A stretch of DNA of 20,000 nucleotides from Phyllosticta citribraziliensis (taxonomy: Eukaryota): assembly GCF_038025025.1 (NCBI RefSeq), contig NW_027117351.1:788215-808214 (forward strand), given 5' to 3'. The position numbers were made by a program, and so were the translations under genes. The notes under the pieces are model-generated. The model was given only the letters and a program-made list of their open reading frames with translations, did not search any database and was not told the DNA's origin. Within the stretch, counting starts at the first letter, position 1; the number at the start of each line of letters is the position of its first letter. Below are positions 1-12,167 of this stretch, piece by piece.

Positions 1-1665
1 ACAGACAAGTCTCGGCCCAGTGCCAACCATGAGGGGCCAACTAGCAGCAGCAGTAGCAGCACCCTCGAAGGGACGGCAACACCTTCAACGACCAAAAGAA
101 AGCTCGGATATGAAGACGAAGAAAGACGCCTGCTACTCGCGCCCACGAGCATCAAAAAGCATGCAGCACCCGGAATTTTGGGAACCGTGTGCCACCACAT
201 CAAGGCTTGGGCCATGTACCAACCTCGCCCAATCCCATGGATTCACAAACAACTTCCCTCCAACGCCACGACCCTCGCTGTCTTGGTCCTCTACGGTGTA
301 AATGCTTTCTATCTCTTCTTCAAAACCCCATTGTCCATTCCACTCCTTTTCGTCTTCGCGGACCGGTGTAGCATTTTGTTTGTCGCGAACCTGCCACTGC
401 TATATCTGTTTGCCGCCAAAAACCAGCCCATCAGCTGGCTCACCGGCCGCTCTTATGAATCTTTGAACATATTCCACCGACGTCTGGGCGAGCTTGTGTG
501 CCTTCTGGCGCTTCTCCATGGCCTGGGCATGTTTGGCGTCTGGTACACGCTCCTCAAACCCGTTGGATTCGGCCTGTCACGATTCCTGCTTTCCAAAGTC
601 ATCATGCCCGGCATTGGAGCGCTGATTGCCTATGAGCTCATCTACCTTACTTCTCTCGCCTCGTTCCGTCAAAGGTGCTATGAAACTTTTCTGGTCCTAC
701 ACGTCGGGCTCCAGGCGGCTGCACTGGTCCTTCTCTGGTTGCACCACCACCGAGCCCGCATCTACGTCGGAATAGCGCTCCTCATCTTCCTCGTCGACCG
801 CATCGTCTTCCGGCTTTTCATCAAGTCCACCACCATGCGTGCCGACATTGGCATCCTTGAGGACGGTCAGACGGTCCTCGTCTCCACAAACTGGGATCTC
901 CCCAACTCGGCCGGTCCTCTGCAGCGGCTACTCCGTCGAAACGTGTCTCGCGGCTGGCAACCCACAGACCACGCCTTTATCACCGTTCCAAATATGAGCC
1001 ACAAGAACCTCACTCAAGCCCACCCCTTTACCATTGCGTCTCCCGCTCCCCCACCCCCAGACTCGTTCCAACCCGGTGACCAGTCGCGCCACGCGTGGCT
1101 GAGTTTCCTCATCCGCGCTCAGGAGGGCTTCTCGCGGGACCTCATTCTGCACGCGCAGACGCACTCATCCATCCGCGTCCGTCTGGACGGACCGTACGGC
1201 TCTCAGCGACCAGTCCACCTGCTCCAACGCTCCCGGCTCGCCGTCATCGTCGCCGGCGGCTCCGGCGTCGCTGTCGCCTTTCCCCTCCTGTGGGCATTAC
1301 TGAACGGCCGCCCGTCGCCCCCGGACGAAGAATCTCAACACGCCGACGGTCCGCAGCACGTCTGCTTCCTGTGGATCGTCCACTCCCGCCCGCAGCTGTC
1401 GTGGCTGTCCAAGCAGCGCTTGGACGAGCTCCGCGAACGGGGCGCTCATATCCTCGTCCCGGAACCGACCGCGGAGGTTGGGAGACCCGATGTTGCCGGC
1501 ATCGTCAGGGACTGGGTGGCCACTTATGATGATGGGCCAGGCGGACGCATTGGCGTCGTCGTCAGCGGTCCCGACGGCATGAATAGAGCTGCGCGGAACA
1601 CCTGTGCCTGGTTGGCCAAGGATGGAAGGCGAATTGATGTCGAAGTGGAGAAATTCGGGTGGTGA
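1..1665 (+). CDS. Ferric/cupric reductase (FRE/NOX family) transmembrane component, 5'-truncated by the window edge
   Basis: Frame 1 is open from base 1 to TGA at 1663-1665, so the ORF-track start at 178 is not the true start. TM helices carry heme-ligand His motifs (HRRLG, LLHGLG, LHV...LHH). FAD motif HPFTIAS, DGPYG, NADPH motif VAGGSG, SGPDGM and C-terminal EKFGW are present. Confidence 0.93.
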   Translation, partial: TDKSRPSANHEGPTSSSSSSTLEGTATPSTTKRKLGYEDEERRLLLAPTSIKKHAAPGILGTVCHHIKAWAMYQPRPIPWIHKQLPSNATTLAVLVLYGVNAFYLFFKTPLSIPLLFVFADRCSILFVANLPLLYLFAAKNQPISWLTGRSYESLNIFHRRLGELVCLLALLHGLGMFGVWYTLLKPVGFGLSRFLLSKVIMPGIGALIAYELIYLTSLASFRQRCYETFLVLHVGLQAAALVLLWLHHHRARIYVGIALLIFLVDRIVFRLFIKSTTMRADIGILEDGQTVLVSTNWDLPNSAGPLQRLLRRNVSRGWQPTDHAFITVPNMSHKNLTQAHPFTIASPAPPPPDSFQPGDQSRHAWLSFLIRAQEGFSRDLILHAQTHSSIRVRLDGPYGSQRPVHLLQRSRLAVIVAGGSGVAVAFPLLWALLNGRPSPPDEESQHADGPQHVCFLWIVHSRPQLSWLSKQRLDELRERGAHILVPEPTAEVGRPDVAGIVRDWVATYDDGPGGRIGVVVSGPDGMNRAARNTCAWLAKDGRRIDVEVEKFGW

Positions 1666-2078
1666 TTTTTTCTTCCCTTTTTGGTCTCTTGGTCCTCTCA
1701 CTCGGAACCAGCTTTGTCGGCGCTTGTGGTCTTCTTTTTTCGGTTTGAGGAGTTTTGACTGCGTGAGAGGTGTTTGGCGGCAGCGATTAGATCACGAAAT
1801 CGAATTTACGAGTACATGGCCCGCATCGACAACACTGGATTCCGTCTGGAGGGTGAATCCTCTACATGCACCAATTCCCTTGTAAAGATGCCCAGGACTT
1901 CCTCTCCAACCGCCAGATTCTCGGCGACAACATGGGTGACAAGGCCTCGAGTTTTGGGAATAGAAAAAGGACACCAGGTTCAAGCAAAACGAAATTCTTC
2001 TTGGTATCCTGCAAGCGCCCATCCATGATGTTGATCTACTTTTGTCGCTCACCTCTGACCGACGACCCAATCAACTTC

Positions 2079-5000
2079 CTAAGTTTCCTCCTCGATCCCC
2101 TCGAATTCTTCTTCCTCCACCGCTTCAAGCTCCTCTGCGACTCCAGCGCCATCGTCGTCGTCGTCCATGTCAACTTCCGGTATATACTGGGGCAACTTCC
2201 CCCCGTTCGCCTTGAGCGCTTCCACTTTGGCCCTTGTCATTTCGAATACGTACTGACCCAAATGTTCAGTAGATTCCATTTCAGTGACGGGTGGCTCATC
2301 CGCCAGTTCTCTGTTGGTTGGGCACATTTCATTCGTGACCAAGGAAAGCTTGTCGGGGCGTTTCAGAAGGACGTCAAACGCAGGCTTGAGCTCATACGAC
2401 GATTCGAAGACGTCACGGCGGCCGACGATGTAGAGACCCAAACGGGCACGCGACAGCGCGACTGTGAGTCGTCGAATATCACGCAGATAACCGACGCGGC
2501 TTGTGCGAACAAGAGATAGGATGACATCTGTACATGTCAGTTAGTTGCGCAAATAGCGAGGAGTTAGGGCACTTACAGTCGTTCTGCTCGCCTTGATATT
2601 TGTCAACAGTGGTGACGATCCTTGGCATGCCGAAGAGTGGGTTGCGCGAGCATCGGTGGGTCAAAACGTCCTTGATCAGTGATCTTTGTCCCGCATATGT
2701 GGTCAAAATCGAGATTTTCGAAGCAGAGTATCCGAGCAATCGCATGTACATGAAGATGGCCACGGCGTACTCTGCCTCGCCCAGGTTTTGAATGAAATGA
2801 GGCGTGGGCTCCATTTCGCCCCTTCCTTTGTAATCAGGCACGTTGATGAACTGGTAGTCGTACCTGAAGCCAGGGTTGGCGAGCTTGAACTCGGAGCTCG
2901 ATTCCACGGTGGGAAGGTTGTCGAGCTTTGGATAGCGCCACTTGTACAGCTCGGCCAAGCTTGGTCGAGCACGACCCTGTTGGTCCAGCACAATGGTGGG
3001 CACGCCTAATCTGACCAGGCGCAGAAACAACGACTGCTCGAGGTTGGCATACTGTCTGAATGCGAGGTTCTGAACGACCGGGGAGTTTTGGAGGTGGTCT
3101 CCACAAAGAACGATTCTTTGCAGGGGAAGCTCGCCCGCCTTGGGATTCTGCAGTGCCAGAGGGATGAAGTTCTCAATCTCGGTGATCTGAGCCGCCTCCT
3201 CCATGATGACGTTGTCGTAGTGAAAACCGAGGTCAGCAATTTCTTGCCGCCTCATTGCAGCGTGGGTTGAGGTCATGGCGATGATCCGCGCCTCCTTGAC
3301 CAAGAGATAATTGGCGCTGTCCCTTGGGTTTCTCAAGATTTCGAAAGGCCGAATGTCCTCGAGCTCGGCGAATATTTTATCGACGTGCCGATAACAGCCA
3401 GCTGCAATGTCAACCAACACCTCCCGCGAGGCACCTGGGGGAAACAGTGGCTGTGGGGCGTTGGAAAAGTATTGGTGAAATGGAAATTCAGAAACCACTT
3501 CCTCATTGCTCGCTTCGCCGGATTCGACCCGATTCCAGTACTTTGTCCAAGCCGGCTGCACGTAGACCGACTTGAAGTATGATGCAGTCTCGCAAGAAGA
3601 ACCGTGTGCTCCAGGTGCATTGAAATTCGCCGCAAGTCGGTCCACCTCGGCCAAGTACTTGAGACCAATTTCACGGAAACTCTCAACTCTTCCGTGCTTG
3701 GAATAATTAGTTGCGGTCTCGAGGTCCTCTTCGCCATGTCCCAGGCGAAGCAAGTGTCGCTCGTCAATGTCGAGGGCGACGATCTTTTGAAACAACTGGT
3801 TCAAAGCCTGGTTGCTATGAGCAACAAGTAACGTCCTTTGACTGGGAAAGTTGTGATAGATATTGTTGATGATTTGGGTAGCGACATCAGTCTTGCCAGT
3901 CCCAGGGGGGCCAACAACTACTGTCAAGCCAGGTTGTGTTCCAGACGTGATTGCTTCGAGCTGAGCCGTGGTGAAGCGGACGGTGTTCAGCTTGGGGGCA
4001 TCCGTTGGATAAGGACCCATGTTCGGCGGCTTGTACGTTGAGACGCGGACAATTTCGGCCGCCTTTGAATCTGGTGCATTGGTGTCGGATTCTTTTTTGG
4101 CCCGCCTACGTTTTTTAGATGGCCGTTCGTGCGTTTCCTCTTGATGTTGTTCTGGCTCCGGAAATTCAAGCACATAAGGAGGACCGAAACTGCCCGTGGC
4201 ATCTTCGGCTGGTTCGACAGCCTTGCCCGAAAGACTCTCGACCAGATGCTGCCAATCCAGAAATGTATCGCGAAAGTCAATCCTCTTGAGTCTGTTCGCC
4301 AATCGCTTGTAAGTGGCACCTGCAGGATCGCCATAACCAAGAAACACTTCCTGGAGCCAGGAGGGCGCAGGAATGTCCGAAAGAGTTAAGCGTCTGATCG
4401 ACTCCAGAATTGGCTTGAAGTTGTTTTCCCTGCCCCTACGACGAACGATCACATTGATCGACTCGTAAACACCCCTCTCGGATTTCCCTTGCTTTTCCTT
4501 GTCTTCCTTGTACGCCAAATTGTCAATCTTCAATAGAAGTCGCCGCTGCCTTGGCTTGCGCATCTGGCCTTGGGACAATTTAGGTTCCCGCAGAGGCCGC
4601 CCTTGTTCGTCCAAGACTTGCAAGACTTCCGCACAGCGCAGGTGTTTTAGTCCGACCTTTTCTGCGGGGCTCTGCGTCTGGCTGCCGTTGCCAATGAATC
4701 GCCCGTCTTCCTGGGGATCTACTGCAAGGAGATAGACAACGTCGTCTGGACGCAGAGACTCCCACTCCCTGGCGACGTTGGCATTCAATCTCGACACATC
4801 GAGTATTACTTCAGCTTGCACCCTGGAGGGGGCGGTCTCTCCAACTCGCGCAGGTGCAACATCGGTGATGGCAGGTTTGTCGATAGGCAGAGCCATTCTG
4901 GAGGAACCCGAAAATTGTGTCAAGTCTCTCGACTTCCTTGGCTTTAGGCGCTTGATGACGTCTTCCATGTCCTTTCGAATCTCATAAAAGGACTCGCATC

Positions 5001-6495
5001 GGTGCAGAATGAAAGACCTCCAGAGGAAATCGCCCAGAGTCAGGTATTGTAGGTTCAGCTTCGGAATAGCCAACGGCCTAGATCCGTCATACTCCTCGTT
5101 TCGCAAGAAGGTCGCCTCGTAGAGAGTCCGTTCTGTAGGAAGGATTGTCATATCCCGCACGGTGTCCTGGAACGTTGGCTTTCTTTCGTGTGCCGACACG
5201 ACAATTTCTGAAAAAAAGGTACGGTCCTGGACGACCAAGGATGATTTGGGGTATTCGGTGCGAAATCCTAGCAATCCGCAAAGCTCAGTGAGCTCTTCTT
5301 CTGAGAGTACTTGTAAATGTGATTCTAGGTCGGCCCGTCGGTCCAGAGACCCATAATTAGACAACGCAAGTATCGTGAGCTTTGTGCTGAAATGCTTGAG
5401 GCAGGTCCGTTGAAGCTTCGCCAATCTCGAGCAGTGGGCCCTGTGGTACTCGGCGGGAGTCTGCTGCTGTCCAATCTGATCGTCGATGGGAAAGTAGGTG
5501 TAGTGCTTGAGGAGGGAGCAGAGGTCACGGAAAAGGCCGTTGTCCTCGTCGGTGTAGAGAGGAGAGAGCCGGATAGCAGCGATCAGGTTGAGGTCGAGCA
5601 GCAAGGTGTTGACGTAACGTCTTGTTGGCAACTGACTTTGCACATCCGTCAGAAATTCCACGAAACGTTCGCAATACCGCAGGTTCTCAGTCCGATTCTG
5701 AGCCGCGGTGTCGTAGATACGGTTCAAAAAGTCCAGCAGCAGCGTGAACAACCACGATCTTTCAAATCGCAGCTTGGTCTTGACCTCCTCGTCGCCATTG
5801 TCAAAGCGCTTCCCCGCCGCCCTCCAGGCTTTCCGGAGCATCAGGTTCTTTTCGAGCTTTTGCTCCCTCGCTTCTTCACTGTATAGATTATGCCAGATTG
5901 CAATCGATACCAATGGCGCACACTCTTTCCGAACCAAGCCACTGTCCAGAGATTGGAATGCGCCAATGATGAACGAAATCAAGTGGGTGCGGATTTTCGG
6001 AGAGACGGCGGGGTCAACGGCCATGGACAGGATGCGGCGAAAGAAGGACGAGAAGTCGGCTGGCTTGTCGGCGAAGTGGTCCCAGGAAGCGAGGTTTTCT
6101 CGGCGCTTGACGTTGACAAGCAAGGCAAGTAAGAGGACATGGTGGTTGGAAGCATCCTCGGTGTAGCCCGGCCAGAGATAGCTACAAGGGCATCAGTTAG
6201 AAGCTGCACACGCCGGCAACAGGGGAAGAAGGGCTCACCTCTCCAAAAGCTGGAGATTCTCGAGAATCAGCAGGGCGCTGTATGGAAAGCCATCTTTTTC
6301 CAAGACATCCCAAAGCTCTCTCTTCAGAACGTCGGGCTTGACCTTTGGCGGTCTTGCAGCTCCAAGCCAGTGCTTGCGCGCAACCTGGGCATAGTGATTC
6401 TCGCCTTGCAAGTCGCTGACAGTTGGGCGCGCATGGCCGAGGGGCACAATGGTGCCGTTGCGCGAGGGACTCTGGGTATCAAAGTCGGAGGTCAT
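2079..6495 (-). CDS. cwf11: Intron-binding protein Aquarius / Cwf11 (SF1 Upf1-like RNA helicase); exons 6495-6239, 6181-2577, 2527-2079; 1436 aa
   Basis: N-terminal LENLQLLE-S-YLWPGY, LAIPKLNLQYLT, Walker A GPPGTGKT, EEAAQ, GDHLQ, TVDKYQGEQND-YVILSLVRT and acidic tail. Introns 6238-6182 (GTGAG...CTAAC...TAG) and 2576-2528 (GTAAGT...CTAAC...CAG) join the frames exactly (4311 nt). Confidence 0.95.
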
Positions 6496-6755
6496 GTCGA
6501 CATTGTTGACGCGCGCGCGCGGAGAGCGGAGGACGGACGACGGGAGCGAGGACGGGAGCAAAACCAAAGGTCGGCGAAGACCCAAGCTAAGGCGAGCTTG
6601 GAGCGCGGAGCGGCGGAGCGGAACCGTCTGGGGAGCCCACGGAAGCTTGGCGCCCATGTGGGTCCATGCTCGTTGCAACGACACCCACCCGTCTGCCCAT
6701 CATTCACCACCCCATACCCCTCTCAATTGCCTCTCCACATCCCGCCATTGGCACC
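6496..6755. promoter_or_regulatory. Short divergent (probably bidirectional) promoter region between cwf11 and NUXM
   Basis: 260 bp between two head-to-head ATGs, with pyrimidine-rich tracts upstream of each start. Confidence 0.55.
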
Positions 6756-7550
6756 ATGGCCCCCTCCGAAGTCGAGTATCGCGAGCGCCCTGTCGTGCCA
6801 GCCAAGAAACTCGACACCGATTATCCTGTGCGTTGCACCCCACCGAAGCCCCCGAGTGCCCAATAGCCACTAACATGTTAATCAGCTCATTGACAGCGAC
6901 CCGTAGGGTGCTCCAATGCTTCCGTCACAACTTCGCTGACGAGCCCAGCCACTTCAAGCGGGTGATACGCTATGCTCGCCCGTCCGACTACGCCGTCGGC
7001 GCTGCCCACGTCGCCGCTGGTCCCGCGTTGATCTTGCTCATGGAGCGAGTCTCGCCCTCATACGTCGGCCGCCGGGGCTTTGCTCCCATCATGCGTGCAA
7101 CTTGCGTCATTAGTTTGGCCGCTGGCTTCCTCAAGCTTTGCACGCGCTCCACTCGTGCGGAAATGCCGATCCCATTGGCCCGATTGTTCAAATTACTAAC
7201 TGGCTGATTAGTGCGATTCCATGGTGTCACTGAGAACAGACGCGAGATTGACATGGATATGAGGGAGATGGTCGACAAGGTCAAGAAGGGCGAGCCGCTT
7301 TACGGAGTGCCCACCATGTCGGAGCATTTGCAGGGCGTGGCTGCGAGAAACTCGAGATATTCCGTCAGCTTCTTACCCTTCCTTCCGTGGGGCAACTTCT
7401 TCAATCACAACCACGTCAGTTCCACGTCCTTTTTCTACGCAATCTCTTCTGCTCACTGACGGCATTTGATAGCACGGTGTTGACACCGCCAAGTACTACC
7501 AACAAGCGGAGCGGGAATTGGCTGCCGAAGAGGCCGCGAAGACCAATTGA
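6756..7550 (+). CDS. NUXM: NADH:ubiquinone oxidoreductase 20.9/21-kDa accessory subunit (NUXM); exons 6756-6827, 6886-6902, 6949-7154, 7212-7414, 7473-7550; 191 aa
   Basis: Spliced product reads TDYP-LIDSDP-HFKRVIRYARPSDY...RFHGVTENRREIDMDMREMVDKVKKGEPLYG...AARNSRYS...PWGNFFNHNH-HGVDTAKYYQQAEREL. Four GT...CTRAC...YAG introns give an in-frame 576 nt. Confidence 0.92.
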
Positions 7551-8251
7551 ATTTCCAGCTCAATTCACCCTGCCAGGAACTCCAACATCTAGATTAAGAG
7601 GGACTGTTTGTGATTGTTGGACTGTAAAGTAGTTCACACTGACCTCCTTTCGCCATCCAGTGAATCGTGGCCCTCCATCAAACTCCAAGAGTGGCTGGAC
7701 TTGGTCACCCCTTCGTAAGCGGAGCCAAATGGAATATCTGAACAGGCGAAACATATACTCGTGCCCCAGCCTCTAGATGGTCCTCGATTTAGATCAGTCT
7801 ATTCCATGCATGGATGCGCTCTATACAAGAGGCCATCAGCAGTCTTGATATTTCGGACCCGAGAACTTTGTGTAGCTGCCCCGTTGATGAGCTGCTCTTC
7901 AACGAAACTCATGAATGTACACGCAAACACGGTACAGAAGGAACTCAGTCCTCGAAACCTTGATGACCTTCCATACACCGTGGCACTTGAATTTGCAGCT
8001 CTGTATTACATTTGCGATCCACACTATCAACGGATCCCGCAAGGTACTCTGTGCGGAGGCAAGTAAAGGAAGAGTATCAAAACGCCGGATGCCTATTCAG
8101 CATGCCCAGAGGAAATGTCGCCCCATTAATCCGCGCAAACGCCCTTTCCTTGATCCAAGACTGAACTCCCGTGCTAGACCCAAAACGCCCTCTGTGACCT
8201 TGACTGTTGGAGCTCCATAAGATGAGCAGCGGTTGGAGAAGAAAGACACAA

Positions 8252-9082
8252 TCAGGGCTCGTTGGATTCAACACCCAGCACACGAGTGATGAGCACGTAG
8301 CCGAAGAGTAGCGCAGCTCCAACCCAGTACTTGTTGCGGCTCAACCAGCCTTGACCGACATGTCTTGCAACCTGTCCACCCTCGACTACGGCTCCCAGGC
8401 TCCCGCTTCCGACAGGTCGTCTCCTCAGCGCAGCAGCTTCAGGTGCGCATGCTCCATGGCCGTCAGTCGGGTTTGCTTGTTGTTGACCGGTCGCGACGTC
8501 AATCTTTTGTTCCTTGATCCACTTCCAGTTCTCCGCATCTTGATCTGGCCACTCTTTTCGGAATTTGGCGCCACCGTCGCCGGCTTTGATAGCACCGACA
8601 CCGCTGCTTTTGGAGCGTGCGGTTGACGCGGCGTGCGATCCTCCGCCAGTAGAATTCCACCATCGAGAGCGGACCGCAAACAAACGACGTTCGGCATCCG
8701 AGGCGCGAACACTTCCAGTGGTCAGTTCCTCGCTAGTCATGAAACTCATCAAGCCGATGAGTATGGTGCTGACTTCCCACGCGGGGTTGAAGCTCTTGGG
8801 GTGGAAATCGGAAATGCTTAGGCAGAGGCGAGTCGACGGCTGGAAGCGACCAGAGGGGGTGTGCATGCGGATGGCAGGTGGGGCAAAAGGGTAGTCTGGC
8901 GGGAACATGAGAGTGCCCCAGTATTGGCCGCCTTCATATGGAGTGCCGGGAGGCCCGGTGAGGATGTAGTGCCACTCGAGTATGTTGTTCTCGGACGGGT
9001 GGGCGATGATGTACGGAGGCGGATTTTGCGATATGGTCTTGTATTCGCGGGTGAGACGTTTGGTTGCCTGCGGCGTCGCCAT
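8252..9082 (-). CDS. UBC6: ER tail-anchored ubiquitin-conjugating enzyme E2 (Ubc6/UBE2J2), 276 aa, intronless
   Basis: ATKRLTREY, NILEWHYILTGPPGTPYEGGQYWG, TPSGRF, active-site RLCLSISDFHP, NPAWEVSTIL and a C-terminal TM segment YWVGAALLFGYVLI. Confidence 0.95.
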   Translation of the reverse strand: MATPQATKRLTREYKTISQNPPPYIIAHPSENNILEWHYILTGPPGTPYEGGQYWGTLMFPPDYPFAPPAIRMHTPSGRFQPSTRLCLSISDFHPKSFNPAWEVSTILIGLMSFMTSEELTTGSVRASDAERRLFAVRSRWWNSTGGGSHAASTARSKSSGVGAIKAGDGGAKFRKEWPDQDAENWKWIKEQKIDVATGQQQANPTDGHGACAPEAAALRRRPVGSGSLGAVVEGGQVARHVGQGWLSRNKYWVGAALLFGYVLITRVLGVESNEP

Positions 9083-9484
9083 TGTGATGGCCGAAAGGAG
9101 AAAGCCAAGGTGTCAACGACCGAGATGCGTGAGAAGACCAGAGGTGCGCGACGAAGACCAGGGTGGGACGATCGAATAGAAGCGAGCGCAAGTGCTGGCA
9201 AGGGTTGCGGAGTTTTGGTTTTGTTATTGTTGTTGTTGTGGTGATAATGGTGGTCCGGTGGTGGCGGGGAGCGACGGTAGTAAGAGTGAATGGTTAGAGA
9301 ATGTCCGCGAGCGGGCCGAGACAAAGCGGCGTTCCTACTACGTAACCTACCTATCCGCCAAGCAGCGGGTGGTGCCAAGCCCGGATAGCGGAGCAGCTTG
9401 AACCACCGCCGCTTTACAAACACCAGTTCCATCATTACCGCATCACACACCCAGAGTGCAGCCCTACCCTGCCAGCTCCCCTCA
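9083..9484. promoter_or_regulatory. Divergent intergenic/promoter region between UBC6 and SAM50, with an imperfect (TTG)n microsatellite at ~9212-9245
   Basis: 402 bp between head-to-head ATGs; ttgttattgttgttgttg tract. Confidence 0.5.
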
Positions 9485-11187
9485 ATGGCGTCGCCACTCG
9501 AGGATGATGTATGCCAATGCAATCCTCGCGCGTTTTTCTCCTCCTCCAGTCCCAATGGCTAATCCGTGCTGCTGCAGGTGTTCCAAAGGCTGAAGCAAAA
9601 AGTCGATCCGGCCGAGACTCAAAGACGGCATGACCAGGTCAACGAGCGCGTCCATGCCCAGGCCCAGAAATCGCATGCCAGGCAGGCTGAGCTAGTATGG
9701 ATCCTGCATTCTTACGTCCCTGTTCATGGCGCTGACAGGCACAGGTCAGCAACAACCTCACTCTCCCGGTAACCATCTCGTCTGTTCGCGTACTGCAGGC
9801 CAAGCATACTCGACATGGCTTTTTGGAGCGCGTCTTCAGTCCGCTTCTGATTGCCAACAGCCGCCAAGATTACGATCTCGAGCGCGCTCTTGTGGACATT
9901 TCTGGCGCAGTCAATAAGCTGGAAAGATTTGGTGAGCTCACAGCCACCACCTTCTCCCCGTGTTGCCGCTGACTTGCGTCTGTACTAGACATCTTCAAAT
10001 CTCCAATCTCTGTCTTCATCGACAGACCGGACCAGGCTGACCCCTCGACCGCTCCCACCGATATCGACATTTACGTTCACGCCCACGAGCGGTCCCGCTA
10101 CACCATCAAGACAGGCACTGAAGCCGGGTCTGCAGAGGGCTCCGCCTACGCGAATGTGCAACTGCGCAACTTGTTTGGTGGTGCAGAATCTCTCAGCGCC
10201 CACGCCTCTGCTGGTACACGGACTCGTTCTGCCTATTCGGCGACGTTTGACACGCCCATCCTCAGCAATCCCGACCTGCGCTGGGAGATTGGCGGCCTCG
10301 CGAGCTCTACCTTGAAAAGCTGGGCCAGTCACGAAGAGGCTCTCAAGGGTGGGTCAACAAAATTGAAGTGGCAGACACCCAGTGGCCATCGCCATGAATT
10401 AGCCTACTCGGGCTTGTGGCGACAGATCACCGGCCTGGCGGCTGAGGCCTCTCCCACCGTTCGTGCCGACGCCGGCAACTCCTTCAAGTCGAGCATTTTT
10501 CACACATACACCCTCGATCGTCGCGATTCCCCGCTACTTCCATCCCGTGGATACCTCTTCAAGACTGTCTCTGAGCTTGCTGGAGCTGGCTTTCTCCGCG
10601 GCGATGTCGCTTTTGGCAAAGTTGAAGTCGAATCTCAGGCCGCTCTCCCCATTGTCCCTCCGCTAGGCGTTTCCCTCACGACAAGTTTGCGCGCAGGAAT
10701 GTTGTGTCCACTCGCTGGTCCCGGAGGTGAAATCAAGCCTTCCCGTATCAACGATCGTTTTCAGCTTGGTGGGCCTACCGACATCCGTGGATTTCGGCTG
10801 GCTGGACTGGGACCTCGTGATGGACCTGATGCTACTGGTGGCGACGTCTACGCTGCCGGCAGCGCAAGCTTGATGTTCCCGTTGCCCAGGACTGGCATCG
10901 ATAGTCCACTGCGCCTGCAGGCCTTTGTAAATGCCGGTCGCCTGCTAGCTTTGAAGGATCCGCGAGAGAGGAGAGAATCTCGGAAGCAAAGCGATGTCAC
11001 GGACTCTATGAAGGATACAATCCAAGACCTTGCTCATGGCCTCCCCAGTTGTGCAGCGGGCGTTGGTCTGGTTTACGCTCACCCAGTCGCACGTTTTGAG
11101 GTCAACTTCTCGCTTCCTCTCGTGTTTAGGAAGGGCGAGCAAGGAAGAAAGGGCCTGCATTTCGGTGTTGGTATTGAGTTTATGTAG
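9485..11187 (+). CDS. SAM50: Mitochondrial outer-membrane beta-barrel assembly protein Sam50/Tob55 (Omp85 family); exons 9485-9508, 9578-9694, 9745-9931, 9989-11187; 508 aa
   Basis: POTRA-like N-terminus, LRNLFGGAESL, DRRDSPLLPSRGY, loop-6 motif DRFQLGGPTDIRGF, ARFEVNFSLPL and beta-signal LHFGVGIEFM. Introns 9509-9577, 9695-9744 and 9932-9988 are canonical and in frame (1527 nt). Confidence 0.95.
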
Positions 11188-11532
11188 AATATCTTTCTAG
11201 GAATGAATTCTAGCCTACTTTCCTTCTACGTGTACCTAAAATATATTTTAGTAGGGGGTTATAGATAGAATATAATCACTTATTATATACTATAGTAAAT
11301 TCTAAGATGAATTATAATTAATAGAGAAGTAGTAGTTAGTTTTATTATAGTGCCTAGTAGAGTAAATTAATATAGACTACTAATAATTAATAGGTAGGGA
11401 GTAAGAATAGTTATTATATAGCCTATATATAATAGCTATCTACTTCTAGACTAGCTATAAATTACTAGTATATATATAAGTACTAAATACTATAAAATAT
11501 AAACTATATATAATATATAGTATATAATACTA

Positions 11533-11575
11533 TTCCTTCTCCTCTCTTCTCCCTCTCTCTCCCCCTCCTCCTCCT
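11533..11575. repeat. Pure polypyrimidine (CT-rich) low-complexity tract
   Basis: ttccttctcctctcttctccctctctctccccctcctcctcct. Confidence 0.8.
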
Positions 11576-11616
11576 AGTAAGTAATATCCTTATTACTTAG
11601 TTATATATCTAACTAG

Positions 11617-12167
11617 TATAGTACTACTAGTTAGTACTATTTTTATAGCTCTAGAAGGTTATTTTTAGTATTATTATTCCTATTTCTAATAGGAATTTTA
11701 GCTCTAGTATAAGTAGGAGATTAGGCTAGTATAATAATAGGATAATAGATAGCTCTAGAATCTTAGAAAATTATAGTTCTATATAGTTTAGTAGTAATAG
11801 GAGGTCTTATATTATTAGTATTTTTTAGTAGTAGATTAGCTAGTTATATACCCCCTTTTTATAGCTACTTATAGAGAGGTACTACTTATATAAATAAAGT
11901 CTTTAATACTTAGTTAAACTATTATCTACTAAATACTTAGTTATTTATTTATTTATACTTATTATTTATACCTAATTCCTATATTACTTAGATAATAAAA
12001 TAATAGCTAGATAGTAGCTTATTTTAGTTAGTTTAGTAGTTATTTTAGTCCCGCCCTATAGAGCCTACTTATTTAATACTAGTTACTATCTCTTATACCT
12101 CTTCTAGTACTAGTATTTTAGCCGGCTAAGTAAGTATATTAGTAAGTAGCTAATCCCGCCTATACTA
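11617..12167 (-). repeat. Copy A of an inverted repeat pair; probable terminal fragment of a DNA transposon (terminus at ~12167)
   Basis: Reverse complement aligns with 16345-16943; 12121-12167 vs 16345-16391 match at 41/47 with 5 of the 6 mismatches being transitions. Confidence 0.85.

Noticed and set aside
1774..2519. ORFs 1866-2519(+), 1774-2028(+), 1792-2070(-)
   Set aside because: Antisense shadows of cwf11 or intergenic frames with no recognisable motifs.
6139..7207. Long ORFs 6139-6873 and 6449-7207
   Set aside because: Composites of cwf11 antisense sequence, promoter, introns and one real NUXM exon.
7560..8322. Short ORFs between NUXM and UBC6
   Set aside because: Convergent 3' UTR region; no coding features or motifs.
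8818..9555. 245-aa minus-strand ORF
   Set aside because: Overlaps UBC6 out of frame and the SAM50 start; its H/N run comes from a microsatellite.
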